In this document: piece by piece, positions 26,788 through 38,251 of the stretch
Layout: every line of letters starts with the position of its first letter
How positions within the stretch are numbered: position 1 is the stretch's first letter
Assembly: GCF_006345805.1 (NCBI RefSeq)
Contig: NC_043005.1
Span: 92,876,001-92,940,000, forward strand
Length of the DNA stretch: 64,000 bases
Direction: 5' to 3'
Origin: Octopus sinensis
Taxonomy: Eukaryota
Translations under genes and position numbers: made by a program
Notes under the pieces: generated by a model
The model's database searches: none
Told to the model about the DNA's origin: nothing
What the model saw: only the letters and a program-made list of their open reading frames with translations

Positions 26788-27865
26788 CACGAAGAGGTAC
26801 CCAAATGGAATTGGAAATGTTCTCTGTGAGACAAGCCTGTCGTAGTTCAGGCTTCTGCCACTAGAAGCTACTTAATGTGACCCTCAGACATCAGTTTGTC
26901 GACAGACGACAGACGTTGTCAAGTGAGGTTGTTCTGCCACATGGTACGCCTTTGCTTTGCAGTGCTTCTGCCCCCTGTTTGTGGATTTTGGTGATGATTG
27001 AAACAAAGGAACGGCGTGCTTCTGTGAAATTCTGTTTTCTGATGGGGAAAACAGAAGTCGAAGCAGTTGTCATGCTTCAAACAGCTTACAAGGATGCTGC
27101 CATGAGTAAAACATAAGTCTACAAGTGGTTTTCATGCTTTAGGAATGGTCACTTGTTACTTGAAGACCAATCTTGTTCAGGGCATCCATGAGAACATCAT
27201 GAAAATTCATGACCTGATCTTGGAGGACTGTTGCCGAACAACTGATGGACTTGTTGATATGACTGTTGTGTCCTGGAGCTCCTGACAACGAATTTTGAAT
27301 GAGGAATTATGAATGAAAAGAGTCACAGCAAAATTTGTGCCTTGCTTAGTCATGGAAGATGAAAAGCAGTGACAAGTGAATGCGTGTCGTGAACTGGAAG
27401 AAGAGTTGGAGGTTGAACTGGACTTTTTTTTGAAGGTCATCACTGGTGACGAAAGCTGGTGCTATGGAATTTGCAGATGCGGAAGAGGTGAAGAAAACAA
27501 ATGATGAAGGCATCAAAAGACATCACTTTGCAAGTGTTCCAGGCACAAGTGTAGCTAGAGTGTGTGCCGCCTGGGTGGCCCTTCCGTTTGCCACCCCCAG
27601 ATCCCACAAAAAACATATATTGCCTACAGCATAATGAAAAGTGCCACCCCACTTAAAAGTGCCACTTGAGGTGGACTGCCCATACCGCCCCCTCCCCCAG
27701 CTATGCTAGTGGTTCCAGGACTGCTTCGAAAAGAAGAAAACATATCTGGACTGATGCATTGCTTCAAATGGAGAATACACTGAAGGTGGTAAAAGTGCAA
27801 ACGTCATAAAACTAAGTGAAGAAAATGATATTGCAAAATTCCGGTTTCTTTCGGATACCCCTTCA
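26788..27865 (+). mobile_element. Mariner (Tc1/mariner) relic with an internal deletion and TIRs
   Basis: RASVKFCFLMGKT...LQTAYKDAAMSK (HTH), VITGDESWCYG, FQDCFEK; imperfect TIRs cacgaagaggtacccaaatggaattggaa / ttccggtttctttcggataccccttca flanked by TA. Confidence 0.88.
27544..27711. mobile_element. hAT-type MITE (168 bp) inserted in the mariner
   Basis: 8-bp TSD gttccagg at 27536-27543 and 27712-27719; imperfect TIR cacaagtgtagct / agctatgctagtg; excision restores the mariner reading ITLQVFQDCFEK. Confidence 0.85.
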
Positions 27866-27995
27866 TATGTGTGTGTGTGTGCGCGCGTATATATACACAC
27901 ACGCATATAGTGATGGTAAAGAATATGCACACCACTCGCTTTTGGCACTTAGGGTTACACTGAAAACGGGTGGTGTGCGTATTCTTACCTCCAAC

Positions 27996-28068
<73 letters not shown>

Positions 28069-28104
28069 TTGCATCTATAAATGCATTTTGGTGCTTATAA
28101 ATAA

Positions 28105-28747
28105 CAAATGCCTTTTTTGAAACAACTTGGGAATGGAGATGACAAATGGATTGTGTACAAAAACATGAGGCAAAAAAGATCTTAAGTTTGCATAATGATC
28201 CCTCAAAATATCCATTCCAGAAATGCCGTGCTTTGGTGGAATCATAAAAGCATTATTTATTATTAGCTGCTCCCACAAAACCAAACCATAAATTCTGATG
28301 TGTACTGGCTAATTTGAACCAAAAGATCAAAGAACTGAGGCTGGAGATTACCAACAGTAAAGGGGTAGTGTTCCAACAAGACAATACTTGACCACATGTG
28401 TCTTTGGCTACCCGAACAAAGTTACATGAACTTGGCTGAAATCTCTTACCCCATCCACCATATTCGCCTGATATTGTACCATCTGACTACCATTTGTTTT
28501 TGTCACTACAGAACTCATTGCAAGGAAAAACATTTAATGATTTAGAGGGAGTCAAAATGCATCTAGATAACTTTTTTTCACCAAAACCAGTCAAATTTTT
28601 ATGCTGATGGAATATTTAAATTGCCTGAGAGATGGGCAAGGCCATTAATGATAATTATTTCACTGAATAAAATTTATTGAAAGTTCAATTATCTATATCC
28701 CTTTTTTTCATATTAAAAAATGCTCAGAACAATCTGGACAACCTAAG

Positions 28748-28748
<1 letters not shown>
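28105..28748 (+). mobile_element. Second mariner family, catalytic-domain and 3' TIR relic
   Basis: GDDKWIVYKN, VFQQDN, LPHPPYSPDIVPSDYHLF, KLPERW; ends ggacaacctaagata. Confidence 0.88.
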
Positions 28749-28810
<62 letters not shown>

Positions 28811-29159
28811 CGTGTGTGTGTGTGTGTGTGTGTAAATGGTATTATGGGTTCTATGCTGCAATTTGAAAGAGAAAAGAGAATAAAGTCCCGAGCTAGTACT
28901 CGAACTACGTATCTCTTGCTCCAGATTGGCCTGTCATTTCCTCTCCTTAGATAAGGCACTTATTGTAAGTGCTTATCTTCTGTTTTACTGCACTGTTCAA
29001 TCTCCACAAGCATTTCGCTTGCTTCACATATAATAATTTATCAGCCACTCAGTGGTCGCACATCAAGCCATTCTACGAATGTCTAACAGAGCAAAGCAGG
29101 TCATTTTTTACAACAGGAACAAAATCTCTATGTGTGTGTGTGTGTGTGTTGGAATAGTA

Positions 29160-30822
29160 ACAGAATAAGGCTTCAACTTTGGGTAGCTTTATTGATATAT
29201 TGGCAACGAGTACAGTGAAGAATTCCGGGTAGAGGTAGGGGTCCACCAAGGCTCAGTCCTCAGCCCCCTCCTATTTATCATAGTCCTCCAGGCAATAACG
29301 GAGGAATTCAAGACAGGATGCCCTTGGGAGCCCCTCTATGCTGATGACCTTGCTCTAATTGCTGAGTCGCTATCAGAACTGGAGGAGAAGTTTCAGGTGT
29401 GGAAGCAAGGATTAGAATCGAAGGGCCTCAGAGTCAATCTAGCTAAAACCAAAGTCCTAATCAGTAGGAAGGTAGACAAATCACAAACGCCTTCAGGTAG
29501 ATGGCCCTGCTCGATCTGTAGAAAAGGTGTAGGTAGAAACTCTATAAGATGCACCAAGTGTAAGCTATGGACACATAAGAGGTGCAGCAATGTCAAAGGA
29601 AGGCTAACTAGGAAGATGGTTTTTGTATGTGGCAGATGCTCAGGAACAATAAACACTGAAAATGCTCTGAGACCAACTTCCGTCACTTTCCAGGGAGAAA
29701 AACTAGAAATAGTTGATAGTTTCCGTTACCTAGGTGACCAAGTCAGCAGCGAGGGCGGGTGTGCTGAAAGTGTAACTGCTAGAGTAAGAATAGCTTGGGC
29801 AAAGTTCAGAGAGCTCTTACCTCTGCTGGTGACAAAAGGCCTCTCGCACAGAGTGAAAGGCAGACTGTATGATGCGTGTGTACGAACAACCATGCTACAT
29901 GGCAGTGAAACATAGGCTGTGACTGCTGAGGATATGCGTAAGCTTGCAAGAAATGAAGCCAGTATGCTCCGATGGATGTGTAATGTCAGTACTCATACTC
30001 AGCAGAGTGTAAGTACCTTGAGAGAAAAGCTGGACCTAAGAAGCATCAGTTGTGGTGTGCAAGAGAGACGTTTGCGCTGGTATGGTCATGTGGCGAGAAT
30101 GGATGAAGATAGTTGTGTGAAAAAGTGCCACACCCTAGCAGTTGAGGGAACCTGCGGAAGAGGCAGACCCAGGAAAACCTGGGATGAGGTGGTGAAGCAC
30201 GACCTTCGAACTTTAGGTCTCACTGAGGAAATGACTAGAGACCAAGACCTCTGGAAGTGTGCTGTGTGCGAGAAGACCCGGCAGGACAAGTGAGTCCATA
30301 ACCCGTGGCCTTCTACATGGGATGGAGCCAGCCTACATATGCATACCTTCCCTTCTTTGGACACAAAACTCTACTTGTGAAGACCTGTTGAGGCAAGTGA
30401 GGATCAGAATCGAAATCGATCAATGGAAATTGCAGATGTGTTACCAGTGCCGGTGGCATGTAAGAGAACCTTCCGTTTCACGACCGTTGCCAGAGCCGCC
30501 CCGACTGGCCTCGTGCCGGTGGCACGTAAAAAGCACCATCCGTTCGTGTCCGTTGCCAGCCTCGCCTGGCCCCCGTGCCGGTGGCACATAAAAAGCACCA
30601 TCCGTTCGTGGCCGTTTGCCAGCTCTGTCTGGCACCTGTGCGGGTGGCACGTAAAAAGCACCCACTACACTCACGGAGTGGTTGGCGTTAGGAAGGGCAT
30701 CCAGCTGTAGAAACACTGCCAGATTTGACTGGACCTGATGAAGCCTTCTGGCTTCACAGACCCCAGTAGAACCGTCCAACCCATGCTAGCGTGGAAAACG
30801 GACGCTAAACGATGATGATGAT
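29160..30822 (+). mobile_element. RTE LINE, 5'-truncated
   Basis: VGVHQGSVLSPLLF, LYADDL, PHD-like CSIC...CTKC...HKRC...CGRC, RLRWYGHV, GRPRKTW; stop at 29913; 3' UTR and (GAT)n tail. Confidence 0.95.
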
Positions 30823-30897
30823 GATGATGATGTACACACACACAGAGTCCAACTGAAGCTGCATGGAAGCTGGATGCTGGATGATGATGATGATGTT

Positions 30898-31059
30898 CAG
30901 GCATGGCTGTGTAGCTAGAAGATCGTTTCACAGCCACCACATCGTATGAGGTTCAGTCCTACTGTGTAGCATCTTGTGAAAGTGCCTTCTACAAAATCCT
31001 TTGGCTGACCAAAGCCTTGTGAGTTGATCTGGTAGACAGAAACTGAAAGAAGCCCTTCT

Positions 31060-31062
<3 letters not shown>
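30898..31062 (+). mobile_element. SINE family B head
   Basis: caggcatggctgtgtagctagaag...gaggttcagtcc...gaccaaagccttgtgagttgatctggtagacagaaactgaaagaagccc. Confidence 0.75.
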
Positions 31063-31105
<43 letters not shown>

Positions 31106-31329
31106 GAAGTTAAAAGTTATGGCCGATCACTGAGTGACCATTGGTTTTGCACCTATAAAGTGATAGCAGTATATAGGCTACTCATCAAACTCAAATGGCT
31201 GAAGACACTTGAACTCTCAAGAACTGGAGAAATAAATACATAATGGTCAGTTGATATTGTAAACAAAAAATAATTGTCTGTGATATGGGGAGGGGGACAG
31301 GGTTAGTGAGATGGGGTTAATCCCCTTGT

Positions 31330-31795
31330 ATTGGCTCCAGCCATGGTGACAATCAATGGAAATGTGGCAGGACTATTACAGCTTATTATTCCTGCGCATT
31401 TGCTGCATACAAAGACTACTTTATCTGTTAATCTACCTGTGACTCCACTGCACCTCTTATGTGTCCATAGTTTACACTGGGTGCAGCAAATGGAATTTCT
31501 TCCAACTCCTTTCCTACATATGGAGCAGGGCCATTTACCTGACAGAAAGAGTTTTACTAACAACTTTGGTCTTGCTAGGTTAACTTTTAGGCTCTTTGAT
31601 TCCAGGTTTTGTTTCCACACCTGGAATTTCTTCTCCAATTCTGTTAGAGATTCTGCAACAAGATCAAGGTCATCAGCATTTAATAGTTCCCACAGGCACC
31701 CAGTTTTGAATTCCTCTGTTATGGCTTGGAGGACTATGATGAATAAGCATGAGCTGTGAACTGAACCCTGGTGAACCCCTACTCGTACACTAAAT
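31330..31795 (-). mobile_element. RTE RT fragment
   Basis: VGVHQGSV...FIIVLQAITEEFKTGCLWELLNADDL...CSICRKGVGRNS. Confidence 0.9.
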
Positions 31796-31814
31796 TCATT
31801 ATATATATATATCA

Positions 31815-32030
31815 TTCTCTCATTATTCTTTTACTTGCTTCAGTCATTTGACAGTGGCTATGCTGGAGCACTGTCTTTAAGGGTTTTTTTAGTAAAAAAA
31901 AAAGCCCTCAGGACTTATTCTTTGTAAACCTAATACTTATTCTATCAGTCTCATTTACTGAACCGCTAAATTACTGAGATGTAAACACACCAACATCGGT
32001 TGTCAAGTGAATGGTGTGGGGACAAACACA
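31815..32030 (-). mobile_element. SINE family B 3' half
   Basis: Reverse complement of ...gcttgacaaccgatgttggtgtgtttac...cagtgctccagcatagccactgtcaaatgactgaagcaagtaaaagaat. Confidence 0.8.
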
Positions 32031-32059
32031 GACACAAAAACACTCAAATAAATACATAC

Positions 32060-32102
<43 letters not shown>

Positions 32103-32504
32103 TAAAATTCAGTTGAATTAGGTAGTTAAATTGAGGAGGCAGCAAGCCAGTTTGGTATAGTCCATGCAGTTTGAAGTTAGCAGTCATCCTGTCACTAGAA
32201 GCTCTTTTTATGATGTAGACATATCCTTTTATGATGTAGATAAAGCTAGAAATATATGGTCCCAGTAAAATAAGTATCTGGGAGATTGTCTGACATTAAT
32301 TACTTTATCACCATCAACAGGACAAATAGCTTGACAACTCCTAATGGATTTAATTCTAAATATTTGTAGACTATATGCTGCATAAAATTTTATAAATGAA
32401 AAGGGAAATAAATAACTATCACACCACTCCTACATCTTGACCCCCACTGTTTTCCTCTGCTACTCTCTAAATTATAGCAGGCTTAATAAGATGTGCATTA
32501 TTTT

Positions 32505-34556
32505 CTAAATTCAATGAAGGTTACGGAGAGGGTCATAGCCCAACTAATTAGAGAGAGAGTTAGTTTAGATGAGATGCAGTTTGGGTTCGTGCCAGGGAAA
32601 AGCACCACTGATGCTATATTCCTGGTAAGGCAGCTGCAGGAGAAATACCTAGCCAAAGATAAGCCCCTGTACCTGGCTTTCGTTGACATGGAGAAAGCCT
32701 TTGATAGGGTTAGAGATTCCTCATCTGGTGGTCAATGGAGAAAGCCTTTGATAGGGTTAGAGATCCCTCATCTGGTGGTCAATGAGGAAACTAGGGATAG
32801 ATGAATGGCTGGTGAGGGCTGTGCAAGCCATGTACAGAGATGCCGTAAGTAAGGTTAGGGCTGGCAACATGTACACAGAAGAATTCAAAGTAGAGGTTGG
32901 GGTCCACCAGGGTTCAGTAATCAGCCCCCTCCTATTTATCATAGTCTTCCAGGCAATTGTGGAGGAATTGAAGACAGGTTGCTCCTGGGAGCTCCTCTAT
33001 GCTGACGACCTTGCTCTAATTGCTGAGTCACTATCAGAACTGGAGGAGAAGTTCCAGGTGTGGAAGGAGGGTTTAGAATCGAGGGGCCTTAGAGTCAACC
33101 TAGCTAAAACCAAAGTACTAATAAGTAGAAAGGTAGACAATCCACAAATATCCTCAGGAAGATGGCCCTGCTCGATCTGTAGAAAAGGTGTAGGTAGAAA
33201 CTTTATAAGATGTACCCAGTGTAAGCTATGGACACATAAGAGGTGCAGCAATGTCAAAGGTAGGCTAACTGGGAAGATAGTTTTTGTATGTGGCAGATGC
33301 TCGGGAGCATTGACCTCTGAAAATCTGCAGAAAACAACTTCCGTCACTTTCCAGGGGAAAAAACTAGAAGTAGTTGATAGCTTCCGTTATCTAGGTGACC
33401 AAGTCAGTAGTGGGGGTGGGTGCGCTGAAAGTGTAACTGCTAGAATAAGAATAGCCTGGGCAAAGTTTAGGGAGCTCTTACCTCTGCTGGTGACAAAAGG
33501 CCTCTCGCTCAGAGTAAAAGGCAGACTGTATGATGCATGTGTACGAACAGCCATGCTACATGGCAGTGAAACATGGGCCGTGACTGCTGAGGACATGCGT
33601 AAGCTCGTGAGGAATGAAGCCAGTATGCTCCGATGGATGTGTAATGTCAGTGTACATACTCGACAGAGCGTTAGTACCTTGAGAGAAATGTCGTACCTAA
33701 GAAGCATCAGTTGTGGTGTGCAAGAGAGACGATTGCGCTGGTATGGTCATGTGGCGAGAATGGATGAAGATAGGTGTGTGAGAAAGTGCCAATCCCTAGC
33801 AGTTGAGGGAACCTGTGGAAGAGGTAGACCCAGGAAAACCTGGGACGAGGTGGTGAAGCACGACCTTCGAACGTTAGGTCTCACCATGGAAATGACTAGA
33901 GACCGAGACCTATGGAAGTATGCTGTGATGAGAAGACCCGACAAGACTAGTGAAGCCATAACCCGTGGCCCCTACCTGGGACGTAGTCAGTCCACCTGTG
34001 CATACATTCCTCCTTGTGACACTTGTGAAGACCTGTTGAGGCAAGTGAAAATCAAAATCAAAATCAAACCAAATAAAAATAGATGAACATCAATGGAATT
34101 TGTATCCTTGTGGGTGGCACATAAGAAAACCATCCGAACGTGACCGTAGCCAGTACCGCATCGACTGGCCTCCGTGCTGTGGGCACGTAACAAACAACAT
34201 CCGAGCGTGGCCGTTCGCCAGCCTCGTCTGGCACCTGTGTCGGTGGCACATAAGAAAACACCATCCGAGCGTGGCCGTCTGCTAGCCTCGTCTGGCACCT
34301 GTGTCGGTGGCACATACAAACACCATCCGAGCATGGCCGTCTGCCAGCCTCGTCTGGCACCTGTGTCGGTGGCACATAAAATCACCCACTACACTCTCGG
34401 AGTGGTTGGCGTTAGGAAGGGCATCAAGCTGTAGAAACACTGCCAGATCTGACTGGCCTGGTGCAGCCTTCGAGCTTGCCAGACCCCAGTTGAACTGTCC
34501 AACCCATGCTAGCATGGAAAGCGGACGTTAAACGATGATGATGATGATGATGATGA
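32505..34556 (+). mobile_element. RTE LINE, 5'-truncated; longest intact frame 32782-34086 (434 aa)
   Basis: MQFGFVPGKSTTDAIF, FVDMEKAFDRV, GVHQGSVISP, YADD, PHD-like insert, RLRWYGHV; 47-bp tandem duplication at 32688/32735 breaks the frame; UTR with ~60-bp subunits; (GAT)n tail. Confidence 0.96.
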
Positions 34557-34754
34557 TTCTGGCACAAATGAGCAAACAATGCAATTATTTTGGTTTCTGA
34601 CACTGATTTAAATTTGCTAAAATGGTTTTTCCTTTATGGTGGAAATTTATAATGGTCATTTCCGTCTGAGAAGAGCAGCTTCTTTCAAACTGATGTAATG
34701 TTTTCATAGATCGATTAAATGGAGCCACTTGAAACGGTCATAACGCCTGGACAT

Positions 34755-34952
34755 CCTTGTTACTTATTTGCATTATATATATATGACAAGCTTCTCTCAG
34801 TTTCTGTCTTTGAAATCCACTCACAGGGTCTTGGTTGGCCTGAGACTATAGTAGAAGTCACTTGTCCAAGGTGCCATGCAAAGAGACTGAACCTAGAACC
34901 ATGTGGCTGGGAAGCAAGCTTTTTACCACACAGCCATGCCTGCACCTACATA
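34755..34952 (-). mobile_element. SINE family B head
   Basis: Reverse complement gtgcaggcatggctgtgtggtaaaaagcttgcttcccagccacatggttctaggttcagtc...cttggacaagtgacttctac. Confidence 0.8.
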
Positions 34953-35344
34953 TCTACACTCAAAACATGTTTTTATCTATCTATCTATTTTATCTACTTA
35001 CTAATTACTAATACGCTTAAGCATTCCCTAAGTCCTCTCTAATTTCTCCATTTCTCCACCGTCCCTTTATTAATTTTGCCCGTCCAAGTCCTCGCTCTCT
35101 CGTCTATCAACCTTCGCGTATTCGCGGTGCAAAACCACCAATACCGGATATCTCTATATTTTTGCTCCATCTATACCGGATGTCGCTTCTCCCACCACCA
35201 TTATAGGTGTCTACTCTTCGAACCCCCCTCTTCAATACGCTATTTCACCATGCATTACCCCTCTCGTGATATCCTACGTTCTACTTGTCTAGAACCTGTC
35301 ATTGTTTCTCTGAACACCCCTCCCCACTGGTGCTCCCCTATATT

Positions 35345-35612
35345 TCTGCCCCCCTCCCCACATAAAAAGCACCATCCGAACGTGGCCGATGCCAGCACCG
35401 CCCCAACTGGCTTCTGTGCAGGTGGCACATAAAAAGCACCCACTACACTCGCGGAGTGGTTGGCGTTAGGAAGGGCATCCAGCTGTAGAAACACTGCCAG
35501 ACCAGACTGGAGCCTGGGGCAGCCCCTGGCTCCCCAGACCCCGGTCGAAACCGTCCAACCGGTGCTAGCGCGGAAAACGGACGTTAAACGATGATGATGA
35601 TGATGATGATGA
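35345..35612 (+). mobile_element. RTE 3' UTR-only copy
   Basis: cacataaaaagcaccatccg...gagtggttggcgttaggaagggcatccagctgtag...cggacgttaaacg(atg)n. Confidence 0.9.
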
Positions 35613-35624
35613 TATATATATATA

Positions 35625-36910
35625 TCATCATCACCATCATCCTCATCATCATTTAACATCTGCTTTCCATGCTGACATGGGTTGGATGGTTTGACTGGAA
35701 CTGGTAAGTCAGAAGGCTGAACTAGGTTCCAGTTCTGATTTGGCATGGTTTCTATGGCTGGATACCCTTCCTAATACCAACCATTCGGAGAGTGTAATGG
35801 GTGCTTTTTACATGCCACTGGCATGAGTGCCGTTTACATGACACTGGTAACAGCCATGGCTATGATTTCACTTGGCTTGACGAGTCTTCTGAAGCACATC
35901 ATATTGCCAAAGGTTTTGGTCAGTCGTCATCCCCTCCGTTAGGCTCAACATTTGAAAGTCATGCTTCACCATCTCAACCCATGTCTACCTGGGTCTACTT
36001 CTTCCATAGGTTCCCTCCACAGTGCTTGTTTACACAGCTGTCCTCGTCCATACACATCGCATGACCATACTAATGCAGTCATCTCTCTTGCACACCACAT
36101 CTGATGCCTCTTATGCCTAGATTTTCTCTCAAGACATTTATGCTCTGTCATACACGCACATTGACATTACACATCCAGATAAGCACACTGTCTTCATTTC
36201 TTTCAAGTCTATGCATATCCTCTGCAGTCACAGTGCACGTTTCATGGCTGGGGAGCCTCGGCTGTTCACGCACAAGCGTCATATAGTCTGACTTTTATTC
36301 TGAAGGAGAGATACTTTGTCACCAACAGAAGTAGAAACTCTTTGAACTTTGCCCAGCCAATTCTTATTCTAGCAACTATGCTCCTCAGTGTATCCACCTC
36401 TACTGCTGACTTGGTCACCTAGATACTGGAAGCTATCAGCTACTTCTAGTTTTCCCCATTGCATTGGATAGAGTCTATTTTCTTTAGATTTCTTGTGAGT
36501 GTTGTACCTGTACATCTGCCACACACAAAGTTTCCCTGTTAACCTTCCTCAGATGTTGCACATCTTTTGTATTCATAGCTTGAACTGGGTACATCTTATG
36601 GAGTTTCTACCTATGCCTTTTCTACAGATTGAGCAGGGCCATCTACTTGAAGGGATTTCTGATTTGTCTGCTTTCCTACTTACTAAGACTTTGGTTTTTA
36701 CTATATTAACTCTAAGGCCCTTTGATTCTAGACCTTGCTTCCACACCTGAAATTTCCTCTGGAAGAGATTTGGCTATGAGAATAAGGTCATCAGCATAGA
36801 GGAGATCCCAGGGGACTGTCTGTCTTGAATTCCCCTGTTATTGCTTGGAGGACAATGATGAACAAGAGGGGGCTAAAGGCTGATCGTTGTTGAGGCCCTA
36901 CTCGTACCCT
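35625..36910 (-). mobile_element. Diverged RTE copy (RT to tail), tail-to-tail with 35345-35612
   Basis: Reverse complement aligns to the RTE RT, PHD-like insert, C-terminus and UTR; several stops and frameshifts. Confidence 0.88.
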
Positions 36911-36939
36911 GAATTCATATATTTATTTATTTTTATTTT

Positions 36940-36992
36940 TTTAATTTTATCTAGTTTCAGCTCACGAGCTGTGGCCATGCTGGGGCACCGCC

Positions 36993-36995
<3 letters not shown>
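36940..36995 (-). mobile_element. CR1 family-1 3' tail stub
   Basis: Reverse complement tggcggtgccccagcatggccacagctcgtgagctgaaactagataaaa. Confidence 0.85.
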
Positions 36996-37034
<39 letters not shown>

Positions 37035-37260
37035 TATGTGTGTTTGTATAATAATGGACTCTTCTGTCATTAAACGACATATGAGGGTTTGACAATTTCT
37101 TGTTGAACAACATGCAGATGATTTGTTTATAGTGATCAAATGTTTGTGTAGAGATAAGCTCACTCCTTCCATCAGATCAATATTACCTGTACAGGTGGAA
37201 CCTGTGTTAAATGTCAGATGCTGAAATGACAGCATTTATATATATATACATACATGTATG

Positions 37261-37309
<49 letters not shown>

Positions 37310-37765
37310 GGAGGCAATGTGACTCCCATGCCAGTGGCACATAAAAAGTACCTGTTGAGTGTTGGGTCTCACGAAGGCAATGTGGCCAATGCCAGTGTCA
37401 TGTAATTAGCACCTGTGCCTGTGACACATAAAAAGCACCTTTCGAGTGTTGGGCCTCACAGAGGCAATGACAAATGACTGAGACCTTTTAACAATATGGA
37501 GTGCTTGAGAAGAAGACTCATCAAGCCAAGTGGAATCATAGTCGGGGTGGATACTGGTGTCATGCAACTGGCACTCATGCTGGTGGCATGTAAAAGCACC
37601 CATTACACTCTTGGGGTGGTTGGCATTAGGAAAGGCATCCAGCCAGAGAAAACCATGCCAAATCAGACTGGAGTCTGGTGCAGCCCCTCAGCTTACCAGG
37701 CCTTGTCAAACCATCCAACCCATGCCAGCATGGACAATGGATGTTAATAGATGATGATGATGATA
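37310..37765 (+). mobile_element. RTE-related 3' UTR-only copy (different subfamily)
   Basis: ggcacataaaaag subunits, ggtggttggcattaggaaaggcatccagc, catgccagcatggacaatggatgttaa(tga)n. Confidence 0.8.
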
Positions 37766-37780
37766 ATATATATATATATA

Positions 37781-37959
37781 AAATGCTTAGCAGTATTTCG
37801 CTAAGCACTACATTCTGAGTTCAAATTCCACTGATGTCGACTTAGCCTTTCATCTTTTTGGGGTCAATAAATCAAGTACCAATCAAGTACTGGCGTCGAT
37901 GTGATTGATTGTCTCCCTCCTCACAAAAAAAATCCAGGCCTTTTCCTGAAGTAGAAAGG

Positions 37960-38027
<68 letters not shown>

Positions 38028-38251
38028 GGTGGTGAGCTTGGCAGAATTGTTAGCATGCTGGGTAAAATGCTTAGCACTGTTTTGTTCATCTCATCTTTAA
38101 GTTTTAAGTTCAAATTCCACTGAGGTCGACTTTACCTTTCATCCTTTCAGGGTCGATAGATTAAGTACCACTTATGCACTGAGCTTGATGTAATCAACTA
38201 GTTCCCTTCCCCCAAATTTCAGGCCTTGTGCCTTTAGCAGAAACGACTATT
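37781..38251 (+). mobile_element. SINE family A head-to-tail pair (near-identical duplicate of 40408-40842)
   Basis: Two SINE A bodies joined by (ATT)n; sequence nearly identical to 40408-40842. Confidence 0.9.

Noticed and set aside
28949-28978. 13-bp hairpin containing taaggcac / taagtgct (miRNA-seed-like)
   Set aside because: Only 30 nt with a 3-nt loop, too short for a pre-miRNA, and no match to a full mature miRNA that I recognise
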